DNA of 59,896 bases from an uncultured archaeon (GCA_964545925.1 CAZJHM010000001.1:1-59896); one strand, 5' to 3'. Shown: positions 29,209 to 39,171, counted from the first letter of the stretch. Notes: generated by a model not told the origin, from the sequence alone. Translations and numbers: made by a program.

Positions 29209-30394
29209 TTGTTAAAGGTAAAGAAAAGAAAAGAATTAAGTTTGCAATAATTGCTAATATTCCGAGTATTGAAATTCCTTTAATTGAAGGTAAATTAAAT
29301 ATTTTTCTCATTGGGAAGTCATATTTAGTTTTTATATAAGATAAGTTTGTGGCAATAAAAACTATGAACACTCCTGCTGTTGTCATCTCAGCTAAAAATT
29401 CTATATTTCCTGAAAAAAGGAGGATTAAAGAAAAAGCTCCAGCAATAAAGATTGAGAAAACAGGAGTTTGGGTTTTAGTTGAGACTTTAGAGAAAATAGA
29501 AGGAAGAACTTTGTTCATTCCTAAACCATAAAATTGACGAGAAGTAGCAATTGAAGTATTAAGAACTGTGTTTCCTGTTGCAGCCAAAGCAATCAGACTT
29601 AGTAAAAGAAAGGCATTTGGACCCATAAGAACATGAGCAACATCGGCCAAAGGAACTTTTGACTGAGCCAAAGTTTCAGCTGGAATAACACTTACTGCCA
29701 CTATTGAAATCAAAATATAAATTATAGAAGAAATAAGCACAGAATAAAGTATTGCTTTTGGAACATTTTTTCTTGGTTCTTTGATTTCTTCTGCTATATT
29801 TGCAACTTCTTCAAAACCTATAAAAGCAAAAAACATAATAGAGGCAGCATAAAAAAGAGGGGGAATTTCAAAAACAAAATAATCTACTGAGCCTATGGAG
29901 CCTGCTCCGAAAAAGACAATTAAAAGCAAACCTATAATTGCAGAAATAGTAAGAAGCATATTTATTCCCAAAGATTGTTTTATTCCAATTGCATTAATAA
30001 TAGTTACAAAAATAATTAAGAAAATAGAGATATAAAGAGGAGGAACTCCTATTAAAGGAGAAAGATAATTTCCAAAAGCAACAGAAACTGTTGCAATTGC
30101 AAAAAGAGCACTTAAGATTACAAGCCAACTGATTATAAAAGCAAATCTTCTTGAGCCAAAAGATTTTGTAATATAAACATATTCGGCAGCTTCTTTTGGA
30201 AAAAAAGAAGAAAGTTCAGCATAGCAAAAAGCTGTTAAAGCAGCAATTGCTGCTCCAAGAAGAAAACTTATCCAAAGTGCATTACCTGCAATTCCAGCTC
30301 CAATTCCAACCAAAGCATATATCCCAGCTCCAACTATTGTTCCCACTCCATAAAATACTGCTTCCTTAAGTGAGACATTTCTGTTTAATCCCAT
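29114..30394 (-). CDS. APC-superfamily amino acid/polyamine permease
   Basis: 426 aa with ~12 hydrophobic segments; GVGTIVGAGIYALVG N-terminal motif. Confidence 0.8.
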   Translation of the reverse strand: MGLNRNVSLKEAVFYGVGTIVGAGIYALVGIGAGIAGNALWISFLLGAAIAALTAFCYAELSSFFPKEAAEYVYITKSFGSRRFAFIISWLVILSALFAIATVSVAFGNYLSPLIGVPPLYISIFLIIFVTIINAIGIKQSLGINMLLTISAIIGLLLIVFFGAGSIGSVDYFVFEIPPLFYAASIMFFAFIGFEEVANIAEEIKEPRKNVPKAILYSVLISSIIYILISIVAVSVIPAETLAQSKVPLADVAHVLMGPNAFLLLSLIALAATGNTVLNTSIATSRQFYGLGMNKVLPSIFSKVSTKTQTPVFSIFIAGAFSLILLFSGNIEFLAEMTTAGVFIVFIATNLSYIKTKYDFPMRKIFNLPSIKGISILGILAIIANLILFFSLPLTTIFYISILTLIGFPLYYISDHLSKKYPHSLF

Positions 30395-30396
30395 AA

Positions 30397-31056
30397 TTAA
30401 ACCCTTATTTTTTTAGTTGTTTTATAAAGATAATATAAAATTAGCATTATAAAAGCAAAGATTGCAATATTTCCCAAAGTAGAAAAAGGAGGGTAAATTC
30501 CCATTTCAATCCAATTGATTATTGAAACTTCTGGGTCTAAATATGCCCAAATTGCCAAGACTATTACAACTATAAAAATAAAATCAACCAAAAGCAAAGT
30601 AAGTTTTTTGAAATCTTTTAAGTTTCTTTTGAATGCATCTTTTGTAAGAGAAGTTGTTTGTCTCTGAGCTTCTAAAATAGGATTGAATTTCTTTTCAAGA
30701 AGTTTGTAAAGCAAAAAAATTGCTAGAAAAATAACTGCTAATGGAAAAACTTGTCCTGTCTCTATTGCTCCTGTTTTGTAATAATTCTCGGAGAAAGAAT
30801 AAACTAAATAAACAAAAAGGAAAACAAAAAATGTTTCTATTGCTATTAAAGAATAAATTGTTCTTTTTTTGTATTCTTTTAAATCATTGATTTTGTTTTT
30901 TTCTGTGATATTTTTTGTAGAAGGAAATTTAGAAACAAATGTTCTCTTTTTCTTGGATTTTTTTTTCTTTGAATTAGTATTATTTCTAATTGTAGGCATT
31001 ATAAGATAAGAAAAAAGGTATATAAAAACATTTTGATTGGGTTTTTCAGAAATCAA
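30397..31056 (-). CDS. hypothetical membrane protein
   Basis: Basic K-rich N-terminal region followed by 4-5 hydrophobic helices. The TTG start overlaps the upstream stop; an alternative ATG is at 30999. No recognisable motif. Confidence 0.5.
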   Translation of the reverse strand: MISEKPNQNVFIYLFSYLIMPTIRNNTNSKKKKSKKKRTFVSKFPSTKNITEKNKINDLKEYKKRTIYSLIAIETFFVFLFVYLVYSFSENYYKTGAIETGQVFPLAVIFLAIFLLYKLLEKKFNPILEAQRQTTSLTKDAFKRNLKDFKKLTLLLVDFIFIVVIVLAIWAYLDPEVSIINWIEMGIYPPFSTLGNIAIFAFIMLILYYLYKTTKKIRV

Positions 31057-31457
31057 TCAAATTCTTCATCCAGATGTTTAGCTAATTCATGCATACGGGA
31101 AAAAATAGAATCAACTTCATCTTCTAAGTCTCTGACTAAATCATAGAATGACTGTCTGCGAACAAAATAAAATCTTCCATTTTTAACAACTAAGCCTCTT
31201 TCCATTAAATTGTTTAAATGATTAATAACTGAACCACGAGACATTCCTACTTTTTTTGCTAAATCAGTTGAGGAAAGTTTATCTCCTTGTTTATTAGAAA
31301 TATAAACTGTACGAAATACAGAAGAAGCAACTTTGTCTTTGTCTATGTTTTCAAAGATTCCAAATGAACGACAAAACCATCTAAAAATTTCATCACTATC
31401 ATCTGAATAGGGACGAGGGCTTTTCCTTATGATTATCTTTAGTCCTTCTTGTTCCAT
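31053..31457 (-). CDS. winged-helix transcriptional regulator
   Basis: LSSTDLAKKVGMSRGSVINHLNNLMERGLVVKNGRFYFV HTH-wing pattern. Divergent from grpE. Confidence 0.65.
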   Translation of the reverse strand: MEQEGLKIIIRKSPRPYSDDSDEIFRWFCRSFGIFENIDKDKVASSVFRTVYISNKQGDKLSSTDLAKKVGMSRGSVINHLNNLMERGLVVKNGRFYFVRRQSFYDLVRDLEDEVDSIFSRMHELAKHLDEEFD

Positions 31458-31541
31458 ACTATAAAAAGGCAGAGAAAGGGTTTTAAATATTTTGATTATA
31501 TAGTTTAGTTATTGACTAAGGAGTTTAGACAGGGGAAAAAT

Positions 31542-32048
31542 ATGAATAAAGAACTAGAAAAACAAGAAGAAGTAATAAAACAAGACATAAAGCAATTGAA
31601 AAAAGAAATTGAGGATTACAAAGATGTTGCTAAAAAAATGGAATCAGAAATAGAAGATTACAAAGATGTAACAAAAAGATTACAAGCAGACTTTGAAAAC
31701 TATATAAAAAGAATTGAGAAAGAAAAAGATATAATAAAAAGAAATACTGAGATTTCATTTATTAAAAATTTCATTCCAATAATTGAAACAATTGAAAAAG
31801 CATCTGAGAAAAACAAAGAAATTTTGCCTTTAATGGAACAAACTAAACAAATAATGAAATCAATAGAATTGGAAGAAATAGAAAATAAATATTTTAATCC
31901 TGAAAAACATGAAGCAATAATGACTGAAAAGAAAACTGAAAAAGATGGAGAAATTTTAGAAATTTTTCAGAAAGGTTATACTTACAAAGGATATGTTGTA
32001 AAACCATCTAAAGTAAAAGTAAATTTAAGAGGTGTAGATAATGACTAA
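31542..32048 (+). CDS. grpE: nucleotide exchange factor GrpE
   Basis: [12 protein letters not shown]...[19 protein letters not shown] at 31542; the track uses the TTG at 31512. Confidence 0.9.
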   Translation: MNKELEKQEEVIKQDIKQLKKEIEDYKDVAKKMESEIEDYKDVTKRLQADFENYIKRIEKEKDIIKRNTEISFIKNFIPIIETIEKASEKNKEILPLMEQTKQIMKSIELEEIENKYFNPEKHEAIMTEKKTEKDGEILEIFQKGYTYKGYVVKPSKVKVNLRGVDND

Positions 32049-33837
32049 AATAATAGGTATTGATTTAGGAACAAGTAATTCAGCAGCTTCTGTTTTAACT
32101 GCTGGAAAACCAACAATTATACCCAGTAAAGAAGGAGCAAGCCAATATGGAAAATCATTTCCAAGTATTGTTGCTTTTGATAAAGAAGGAAAAGTTGTAG
32201 TTGGAGAGCCAGCAAGAAGACAAGCTGTAACTAATCCTGAAAAAACATTTACTGGATTTAAAAGAAAAATGGGAACAGATTACAAATACAAAGCAAATGG
32301 AAAAGAATATACTCCTCAACAATTATCTGCATTTGTTTTAAGAAAGATAAAAGAAGATGCAGAAGAATTCTTGGGGGAAAAAGTTGAAAAAGCAGTTATA
32401 ACTGTACCTGCTTATTTTGATGACAACCAAAGACAAGCAACAAAAGATGCAGGAAAAATTGCAGGATTAGAAGTTGTTAGAATAGTTAATGAACCAACAG
32501 CTGCATCTTTGGCTTATGGTTTAGATAAACAAAAAACAATGAAAGTTTTAGTATTTGATTTAGGAGGAGGAACATTAGATGTAACTATTATGGAAATGAG
32601 TGATGGAGTCTTTGAAGTCAAGTCCACAAGTGGAGACACTGAATTAGGAGGAAGAGATATGGATGAAGTTCTTCTGAAATATGTTTTAGAAGAATTCAAA
32701 AAACAAGAAGGACTGGATTTGGAAAAAGACAAAGTTGCAATGCAAAGAGTAAACGATGCAGTTGAAAAAGCAAAGATTGAGTTAAGCACTGTTTTAGAAA
32801 CAGACATTAATTTACCTTATATAACTGCAGATAATTCAGGCCCAAAACATTTGAATATGAAAATAACAAGAGCTAAACTAGAACAATTAATTGACCCATT
32901 GATAAAAAGATGTGAAAAACCTTTAAGAACTGCAATGGCAGATGCAAAAATGCAAGCCTCAGATATACATAAGATAATCTTAGTTGGAGGGCCAACAAGA
33001 ATGCCAGTTGTTCAAAAGTTTTTAGAAAAAATATTAGGAACAAAAGTTGAAAGAGGAATAGACCCAATGGAAAGTGTTGCTATGGGTGCTGCTGTGCAAG
33101 CAGGAGTTTTATCAGGAGAAGTGAAAGATGTTCTTTTACTAGATGTAACTCCATTGACTTTGGGAATAGAAACCTTAGGAGCAGTTGCAACTCCTTTGAT
33201 TGAAAGAAACACAACTATACCTACTAAAAAAAGCCAAATATTTTCAACAGCTTCTGATAATCAGACAACTGTAGACATACATATTGTGCAAGGAGAAAGA
33301 CCAATGGCAAAAGACAATCGTTCATTAGGAAGATTCCAATTAACAGGAATAGCTCCTGCACCAAAAGGAATGCCTCAGATTGAAGTTACATTTGATATAG
33401 ATGCAAATGGAATATTAAATGTAACTGCAAAAGACAAAGGAACAGGAAAAGAACAAAGTATAAAGATTGTTTCAGGAGTAAAGCTTTCAGATTCAGAAGT
33501 TGAGAAAATGAAAAAAGAAGCTGAAATACATGCTGAAGAAGACAAGAAAAGAAAACAAGAAATAGAAGTCTTTAATACTGCTGAATCTTTGGTTTTCCAA
33601 ACTGGGAAAGTATTAGAAGACTATAAAGACAAATTAAAAGATGAAGAAAAAGCAAACCTAGTAAAACATAAAGAAGAACTAGAAGAAGAATTGAAAAAAG
33701 AGCCAAAGAATTATGAGGAAATAAAAAGAAAAGCAGATGAATTGCAAAATAAACTAATGGATATAGGAAGAAATATCTATCAGCAAGGTTCTAATGAGCA
33801 AAAGCCAGAAGACGATAATCAGGAAAACAAGCAATAG
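32041..33837 (+). CDS. dnaK: chaperone DnaK (Hsp70)
   Basis: [30 protein letters not shown] signatures. Confidence 0.97.
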   Translation: MTKIIGIDLGTSNSAASVLTAGKPTIIPSKEGASQYGKSFPSIVAFDKEGKVVVGEPARRQAVTNPEKTFTGFKRKMGTDYKYKANGKEYTPQQLSAFVLRKIKEDAEEFLGEKVEKAVITVPAYFDDNQRQATKDAGKIAGLEVVRIVNEPTAASLAYGLDKQKTMKVLVFDLGGGTLDVTIMEMSDGVFEVKSTSGDTELGGRDMDEVLLKYVLEEFKKQEGLDLEKDKVAMQRVNDAVEKAKIELSTVLETDINLPYITADNSGPKHLNMKITRAKLEQLIDPLIKRCEKPLRTAMADAKMQASDIHKIILVGGPTRMPVVQKFLEKILGTKVERGIDPMESVAMGAAVQAGVLSGEVKDVLLLDVTPLTLGIETLGAVATPLIERNTTIPTKKSQIFSTASDNQTTVDIHIVQGERPMAKDNRSLGRFQLTGIAPAPKGMPQIEVTFDIDANGILNVTAKDKGTGKEQSIKIVSGVKLSDSEVEKMKKEAEIHAEEDKKRKQEIEVFNTAESLVFQTGKVLEDYKDKLKDEEKANLVKHKEELEEELKKEPKNYEEIKRKADELQNKLMDIGRNIYQQGSNEQKPEDDNQENKQ

Positions 33838-33839
33838 GT

Positions 33840-34832
33840 ATGAAAATGACAAAAGACTATTACAGTATACTAGGTATTCCTAAAAAGGCATCACAAGAGG
33901 AAATAAGCAAAGCATATAAAAATCTGGCAAAAAAATACCATCCAGACTTGAATAAAGAAGCAGGAGCTGAGGAGAAATTCAAAGAAGTAACAAAAGCATA
34001 TGAGACTTTAAAAGATTCTAAAAAAAGAGAAATGTATGATAGGTTTGGGGATTCATATGAAAGAGCTTCTGGTTTTAGCCAAGGAGGATTTGATTTCTCA
34101 GATATATTTAGAGGAATGGGATTTGATTTTGAGAGTTCTGGTTTTGGGTTCTCGGACTTTTTTGGAGGACAAGGATTTGGAACATCTGAAAGAAGACAAA
34201 CTCAAACCTATGCTGAAATAGTAATAGAATTTATGGATGCTGTTAAAGGAAAAGAAATTGAAGTCGAAATTCCAGAGTTTGAGAAATGTTCAAGTTGTAA
34301 TGGAACTGGGCAAGAAAGAAAAGAAATGAGAAGTCCGTTTGGTTTGTTTATGATGCAAGGAGCTTGCGGAAGATGTGGGGGAACAGGGAAAATTGAAAAA
34401 AAAGGTAAAAAAGAAAAAGTAAAAATTGAAATTCCAGCTGGAGTTTTAAATGGGGAGAGAATAAAAAATAAAGATATTATTTTTGTAGTCCGAATAAAAC
34501 CTCACAAATACTATAAGAGAGATGGTAATGATTTGTATATAGAAATTCCTATTGGAATATCAGAAGCAATGCTTGGGACAGAAATTGAAGTTCCAAGTCC
34601 ATATGGAAAAGAAAAACTAAAGATTCCAGCAAATACAAATGAGGGAACTATATTAAGGATTAAAGGAAAAGGAATAAAAGATTCAAGAAATTATGTAGGT
34701 GATTTATACATAAAAATCATCTTGGAATTACCTAAAAACCTCTCTAAGAAACAAAAACAAATTCTTCAAGATTTTTTGGAAGAAGAAAAATCCTCAATAA
34801 CTGAAAAAAGAAAGAAGATTTTTTTCAATTAA
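33840..34832 (+). CDS. dnaJ: co-chaperone DnaJ with reduced zinc-finger domain
   Basis: J domain DYYSILGI...KYHPD, G/F region, but only two CxxCxGxG motifs ([16 protein letters not shown]). Confidence 0.9.
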   Translation: MKMTKDYYSILGIPKKASQEEISKAYKNLAKKYHPDLNKEAGAEEKFKEVTKAYETLKDSKKREMYDRFGDSYERASGFSQGGFDFSDIFRGMGFDFESSGFGFSDFFGGQGFGTSERRQTQTYAEIVIEFMDAVKGKEIEVEIPEFEKCSSCNGTGQERKEMRSPFGLFMMQGACGRCGGTGKIEKKGKKEKVKIEIPAGVLNGERIKNKDIIFVVRIKPHKYYKRDGNDLYIEIPIGISEAMLGTEIEVPSPYGKEKLKIPANTNEGTILRIKGKGIKDSRNYVGDLYIKIILELPKNLSKKQKQILQDFLEEEKSSITEKRKKIFFN

Positions 34833-34849
34833 AGGTTTTTATGATAAAA

Positions 34850-35425
34850 TTAAAGATATCTAGCTCTTTTTTCTATTTTCTCAACTTGAGATTCTACTTC
34901 TTTGTCTGCATACCCGCGAATTATCTCTTGCCAAGCTTTGGAAAGTTCAGGATGAGTAGAAGAAAATGTCTTTTTGAGATTTAACAAATCAACTGCTTTG
35001 TCTTCCAAACGAGAAGAACGGAAAGACAAACCAAAATCAATAAAAAATAGTTTTTTTCCATCTACAAGAATATTTGAACTAGTTAAATCCCCATGGATTA
35101 AGCCTCCTTTATGCATTTGAGAGATTTGTTTGCCTAAAAGAAAACAAAGGGTTTTGTAATTAAGAGGGGAAAGAAAAGTTTGAAGTTTTTCATAAGGCAA
35201 ATATTCTAAAAAAAGAGTTGTTTCTTTTTTAGAAACAACACTTGGAGAATTTAAGCCTAAACGACGAGAATAAGAGAGGGATTTTTCTTCTCTATTTGTT
35301 CTTTGTAATCTGATTTCTTTGTCTAAAAAAGGATTTCTGTAAGATTTAGAAAGTCTTTCTTTCTTTATTATTCCATCTGAAAGAGAAATTACTGCTTCTG
35401 CTCCTTGATAAAGTATTTTATCCAT
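34850..35425 (-). CDS. bud32: Kae1-associated kinase Bud32
   Basis: LYQGAEAVISL..., IHGDLTSSNILV, IDFGLS kinase motifs. ATG at 35425; the track ORF extends to 35464. Confidence 0.85.
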   Translation of the reverse strand: MDKILYQGAEAVISLSDGIIKKERLSKSYRNPFLDKEIRLQRTNREEKSLSYSRRLGLNSPSVVSKKETTLFLEYLPYEKLQTFLSPLNYKTLCFLLGKQISQMHKGGLIHGDLTSSNILVDGKKLFFIDFGLSFRSSRLEDKAVDLLNLKKTFSSTHPELSKAWQEIIRGYADKEVESQVEKIEKRARYL

Positions 35426-35536
35426 AAAACTAAAAGCAAAACACAGCTTTTTAAACCTTTTCAAAGGAAAAATAAATATACGATTTAAAGACAGCTTTCC
35501 AATACCAATAGGACTGGAAAGAAAAAGGTGTTTTAA

Positions 35537-36031
35537 ATGACAAAAAAAGAAGACGAAATAGTGGAAGATATTGTTGAAGAACTAAAGGAAGAAGAAAAGA
35601 AAGCTGAGAAAAAACCTAAAAAAGAAAAGAAAAGAAAAATAAGAGAATTCTCAGATTTAAAGCCAGAAGAAGTAAAGGCAATTATACTTGACTTAAATAA
35701 TAAAGGAAAGACAAAAAGTGAGATAGGAGTAATACTAAGAGAACAACATGGAGTTCCAAAAGCAAGTGTTATACTTAAAAAATCAATTGGAGAATTTTTA
35801 AAGGAAGAAAAAATAACTCAAGATATACCTGAAGACTTAATGAGTTTAATAAGGAAAAATGTTTCATTAAAATCACATTTAGGAACTAATAAAAAAGACT
35901 ATACTGCAAAAAGAGGATATGAATTATCTCTTTCAAAAATTAGAAGATTAGTCAAATACTATAAAATGAATAAAAAACTCCCAGATAAATGGGTTTATAC
36001 AGATGAAATCGGAACTTTATTGGTGAAGTAA
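35537..36031 (+). CDS. rps15: 30S ribosomal protein S15 (uS15/S13e) with K/E-rich N-terminal extension
   Basis: EEVKAIILDLNNKGKTKSEIGVILREQHGVPK...; C-terminal S15 helix region. Confidence 0.9.
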   Translation: MTKKEDEIVEDIVEELKEEEKKAEKKPKKEKKRKIREFSDLKPEEVKAIILDLNNKGKTKSEIGVILREQHGVPKASVILKKSIGEFLKEEKITQDIPEDLMSLIRKNVSLKSHLGTNKKDYTAKRGYELSLSKIRRLVKYYKMNKKLPDKWVYTDEIGTLLVK

Positions 36032-36132
36032 AATGTTTAAGATAAAAATCCAAAAAGACAATAAAATAGTTAGCCAAGGTAATTATACAGCTAAAGAAAT
36101 AGACAAAATAATAATGGAGTTAGGTGAATAAG

Positions 36133-36750
36133 ATGGCAAAAGAAAAAACAACTGAAAAACCAACAAAAAAGAATGCTCCTAAAACAAAGGTTAATGTTGA
36201 TAAATGGAAAAGAAAAATAAATGTAAGAATAATTGCTGATAAAAATTTTGATAACAAAGAATTGGGAGAAACAATGGCAACAAAGCCAGAAAATATAATT
36301 GGAAGAAAAATAAAAGTTAATATGGCTGATTTAACAGGACAAAGACAAAAAAGACATGTAAAAATTATATTTGCAATAAAATCAATTGAAGGAAATTTAG
36401 CAAAGACTCAAGCAATGGGATTTGATACTTCTCATGGATATCTTTCAAGAATAGTCAGAAAAAGAAACAGTAAGATAAGCACTATTTTAATAGATAAAAC
36501 AAAAGATAAAAAAACTGTAAAAACAACATTGACTGCAGTTGCAGGAGTAAAAGTTCCAGAAAGCACAGAAAAAGAAATAAGAAAAACTCTAACTACTGAC
36601 TTAAAAGAAGAAATGAACAAAAAGGATTTTGATTTATTTCTTCAAGAACTTTTATTTGGGGGATTTGTGTCTCGCTTGTTTAAAAAGATAAACAAAGTTG
36701 CTCCAATAAAAAGAATTGAGATTGAAAAAGTATTAGTTCTCAAGGAATAG
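36133..36750 (+). CDS. rps3ae: 30S ribosomal protein S3Ae (eS1)
   Basis: VDKWKRKINVRIIA...NIIGRKIKVNMADLTG. ATG at 36133 after AGGTGA; the track uses the GTG at 36124. Confidence 0.9.
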   Translation: MAKEKTTEKPTKKNAPKTKVNVDKWKRKINVRIIADKNFDNKELGETMATKPENIIGRKIKVNMADLTGQRQKRHVKIIFAIKSIEGNLAKTQAMGFDTSHGYLSRIVRKRNSKISTILIDKTKDKKTVKTTLTAVAGVKVPESTEKEIRKTLTTDLKEEMNKKDFDLFLQELLFGGFVSRLFKKINKVAPIKRIEIEKVLVLKE

Positions 36751-36752
36751 AT

Positions 36753-37427
36753 ATGATTTCTGCTTTGACAATTGCAATTTTTGTTTTTTTATTCTTAGTT
36801 TTTGTAATTGCTATTTACTTCAAAAAGCTAGATATCAAAGGAGGAATATTAGCATTTATTTTAGGAATAACTATATATTTCTATCAAGGTTTGTTTATTT
36901 TGGTTCCCATTTTAGTCTTCTTTATATCATCAACAGTAATTGATGCTTTTAAAAAGAAAAAACATAAAGCAAGAGGAATAGGAAATGTTTTAGGTAACTT
37001 GGGTGTGGCTCTTTTGCTTCTTTTAATTGAATTTATTTCAGGATATACATTAATTGTTCCTATATATGCTTCTATTGCTGGAGCTTTCTCTGATACTATT
37101 TCTTCTGAATTAGGAATGTTTTCAAAAGAAAAACCAATAGATATAGTTACAAGGAAAAATGTTAAAAAAGGGACAAATGCTGGAATAACTATTTTTGGAA
37201 CTTTGTGCGGATTAATTGCAGCTTTTATTCTCTCAGGAATCTTCTTTTACTTCACTGGTTTGCTAAAAGAAGCAATAATAATTGGAATTGCAGGATTTGC
37301 AGGAACTATAATTGATTCTTTATTAGGAAAGCTTGAGAATAAAGGAAAATTAGAAAATGACCAAGTCAACTTCTTAGCCACAGCTGGTTCAGGATTAATA
37401 GCTTGGCTAATTCTTATTCTGATTTGA
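36753..37427 (+). CDS. DUF92 / TMEM19-family integral membrane protein (family of plant phytyl-phosphate kinase VTE6)
   Basis: Polytopic; FFISSTVIDAFKKKKHKARGIGNVLGNLGVA resembles the DUF92 core. Starts 3 nt after the rps3ae stop. Confidence 0.6.
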   Translation: MISALTIAIFVFLFLVFVIAIYFKKLDIKGGILAFILGITIYFYQGLFILVPILVFFISSTVIDAFKKKKHKARGIGNVLGNLGVALLLLLIEFISGYTLIVPIYASIAGAFSDTISSELGMFSKEKPIDIVTRKNVKKGTNAGITIFGTLCGLIAAFILSGIFFYFTGLLKEAIIIGIAGFAGTIIDSLLGKLENKGKLENDQVNFLATAGSGLIAWLILILI

Positions 37428-37466
37428 ATAGTTCTGATTTAAAAAAACTATGGTTTTCTTTCTTAT

Positions 37467-37961
37467 ATGATTGAACTATTAAGATTGTTTTTGATAATAG
37501 TTCCTATGTATTGTGCTAATGGTTCTGCTTTAGTTTTTGGGGGTAAAAAACCTTTAGATTTTGGGATTAAATTTATTGATAAAAAACCTATTTTTGGCAA
37601 AGGAAAAACAATAAAAGGAAGTTTAGCTGGATTAGGAGCAGGGACTCTGGCAGGAACACTTTTATTTGCTTTTGGTTTAGGATTTGAAAATTACTTGTTA
37701 TTTTCTTTCTTGTCTTCTTTAGGAGCTATATTTGGAGATTTAGTAGGCTCATTTATAAAAAGAAGAATAAATATTGCTCCTGGAAAAGACTTATTTCTTA
37801 TAGATCAATTAGATTTTGTAATTGGAGCTCTTTTATTCACTTACGGAATATTATATCCTAGTATTTATGAAATATCAGCAATTATAATATTGACAATATT
37901 TATGCATAAAGCAACTAATTATTTGGCTTTTGTATTGAAACTTAAAAAGGTGCCTTGGTGA
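37467..37961 (+). CDS. carS: CDP-archaeol synthase (CarS, DUF46)
   Basis: MYCANGSALVFGG..PLDFG, GKGKTIKGSLAG, GDLVGSFIKRR, IDQLDF and the C-terminal KKVPW closely parallel characterised archaeal CarS. Confidence 0.9.
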   Translation: MIELLRLFLIIVPMYCANGSALVFGGKKPLDFGIKFIDKKPIFGKGKTIKGSLAGLGAGTLAGTLLFAFGLGFENYLLFSFLSSLGAIFGDLVGSFIKRRINIAPGKDLFLIDQLDFVIGALLFTYGILYPSIYEISAIIILTIFMHKATNYLAFVLKLKKVPW

Positions 37962-38413
37962 AATACAAATTTATCATAAAATTCTTGATTATCTTTCTTC
38001 TATTGCAATATTTAATACTTAATATAGATCTAATTGGTTTAGAAACAACAATAGCACAAATAGAAGGAAAAATATTGGGTTTGGAAAATTTTAACAATGT
38101 GATTTTAAAAGAAGATATAGCTTTTGTAATTGGCCCAAACTGCACTGGATTATTGAATTCAGCAATATTAGTTGCTTTAGTTTTTTCATTTAGAAAACCT
38201 AAACTTGATAAGAAAATAATGTTTTTAGCAGCAGGAATATCTATCATACTTCTAGTAAATTTGATAAGATTATATTTAATTTTGCTTGCTCCTAGCGAAT
38301 ATGTTTCTATATTACACACTTTAAGTTGGTATATTAATTCTATTATAGTTCTTGGGTTATGGTATTGGTTTATGAAAAAGGAACTAAAGTCATTTAATGA
38401 ACTAAAAGAATGA
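37955..38413 (+). CDS. mini exosortase/archaeosortase-family protein
   Basis: 152 aa, 4-5 TM segments. Ordered Cys-Arg-His motifs of the family: IGPNCTGLLNS, VNLIRLYLILL, ILHTLSWY. The start overlaps the carS stop. Confidence 0.65.
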   Translation: MVKYKFIIKFLIIFLLLQYLILNIDLIGLETTIAQIEGKILGLENFNNVILKEDIAFVIGPNCTGLLNSAILVALVFSFRKPKLDKKIMFLAAGISIILLVNLIRLYLILLAPSEYVSILHTLSWYINSIIVLGLWYWFMKKELKSFNELKE

Positions 38414-38442
38414 TTTATATTCCTTTAAGACAAAAATAGTAT

Positions 38443-39171
38443 ATGCCGCCAAGCGAAAAATTATTAAAAGATTTACAAAAAGGACTGTCTGAATTAACTA
38501 GATATATAGAAAAAAACAAGATAGAAACAATAGTAATTACTGGGAAAAGTGCATTTATTGCAAGAAACTTATTAAGGGAATATTGGATTCAGACTAGAAA
38601 TCCAATGATAGATAGAATAAAATTCTTCAGTTTAGGGGACAGAACAAGCCAAATGAAACAACGAATTTTTGAGGAAAAAAAAGAAAAATCTTATGTTCTA
38701 CAAACAGAAGATATAGAATGGTTTAAAGGAATAGATGGGGGAAAATTAGCAAAAACTCTTGAAAAAGAAAAAAACAAAAGAGTAATGATTTTAGACGAGG
38801 TTGTGTCAAGTGGAAGAACTCTATTTTTATTAAAACAGATTTTTAAATCAATGGGGTTTAAAGACATTAAATTAGCAGCCATAGGTTCTTTAGATTTAAA
38901 GTATAATTCTGAAGTTAAAAGAAATGTATTTGTGCCTAAAGTATTACAATACAGAAGAGATATTATCTATTTATATGGATTAAGAAGAAAACTTTATAGC
39001 TATGTAACAAATCAAGACAAACCTAGAAGAACACAGGAATATCTAAGAGAACTTGCTCAAACAGAAAATCTAAAAAATAAAAAAATAGTGGATAGATTTG
39101 GAGAATATGTAAGAGAAAATCCTGAACCACTTAAAAAAGGATTTTTCAGAAGATTGTTTAGAAGATATTAG
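38443..39171 (+). CDS. phosphoribosyltransferase-like protein
   Basis: Near-canonical PRPP-binding loop VMILDEVVSSGRT (DE instead of DD). The rest has no recognisable motif. Confidence 0.5.
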   Translation: MPPSEKLLKDLQKGLSELTRYIEKNKIETIVITGKSAFIARNLLREYWIQTRNPMIDRIKFFSLGDRTSQMKQRIFEEKKEKSYVLQTEDIEWFKGIDGGKLAKTLEKEKNKRVMILDEVVSSGRTLFLLKQIFKSMGFKDIKLAAIGSLDLKYNSEVKRNVFVPKVLQYRRDIIYLYGLRRKLYSYVTNQDKPRRTQEYLRELAQTENLKNKKIVDRFGEYVRENPEPLKKGFFRRLFRRY

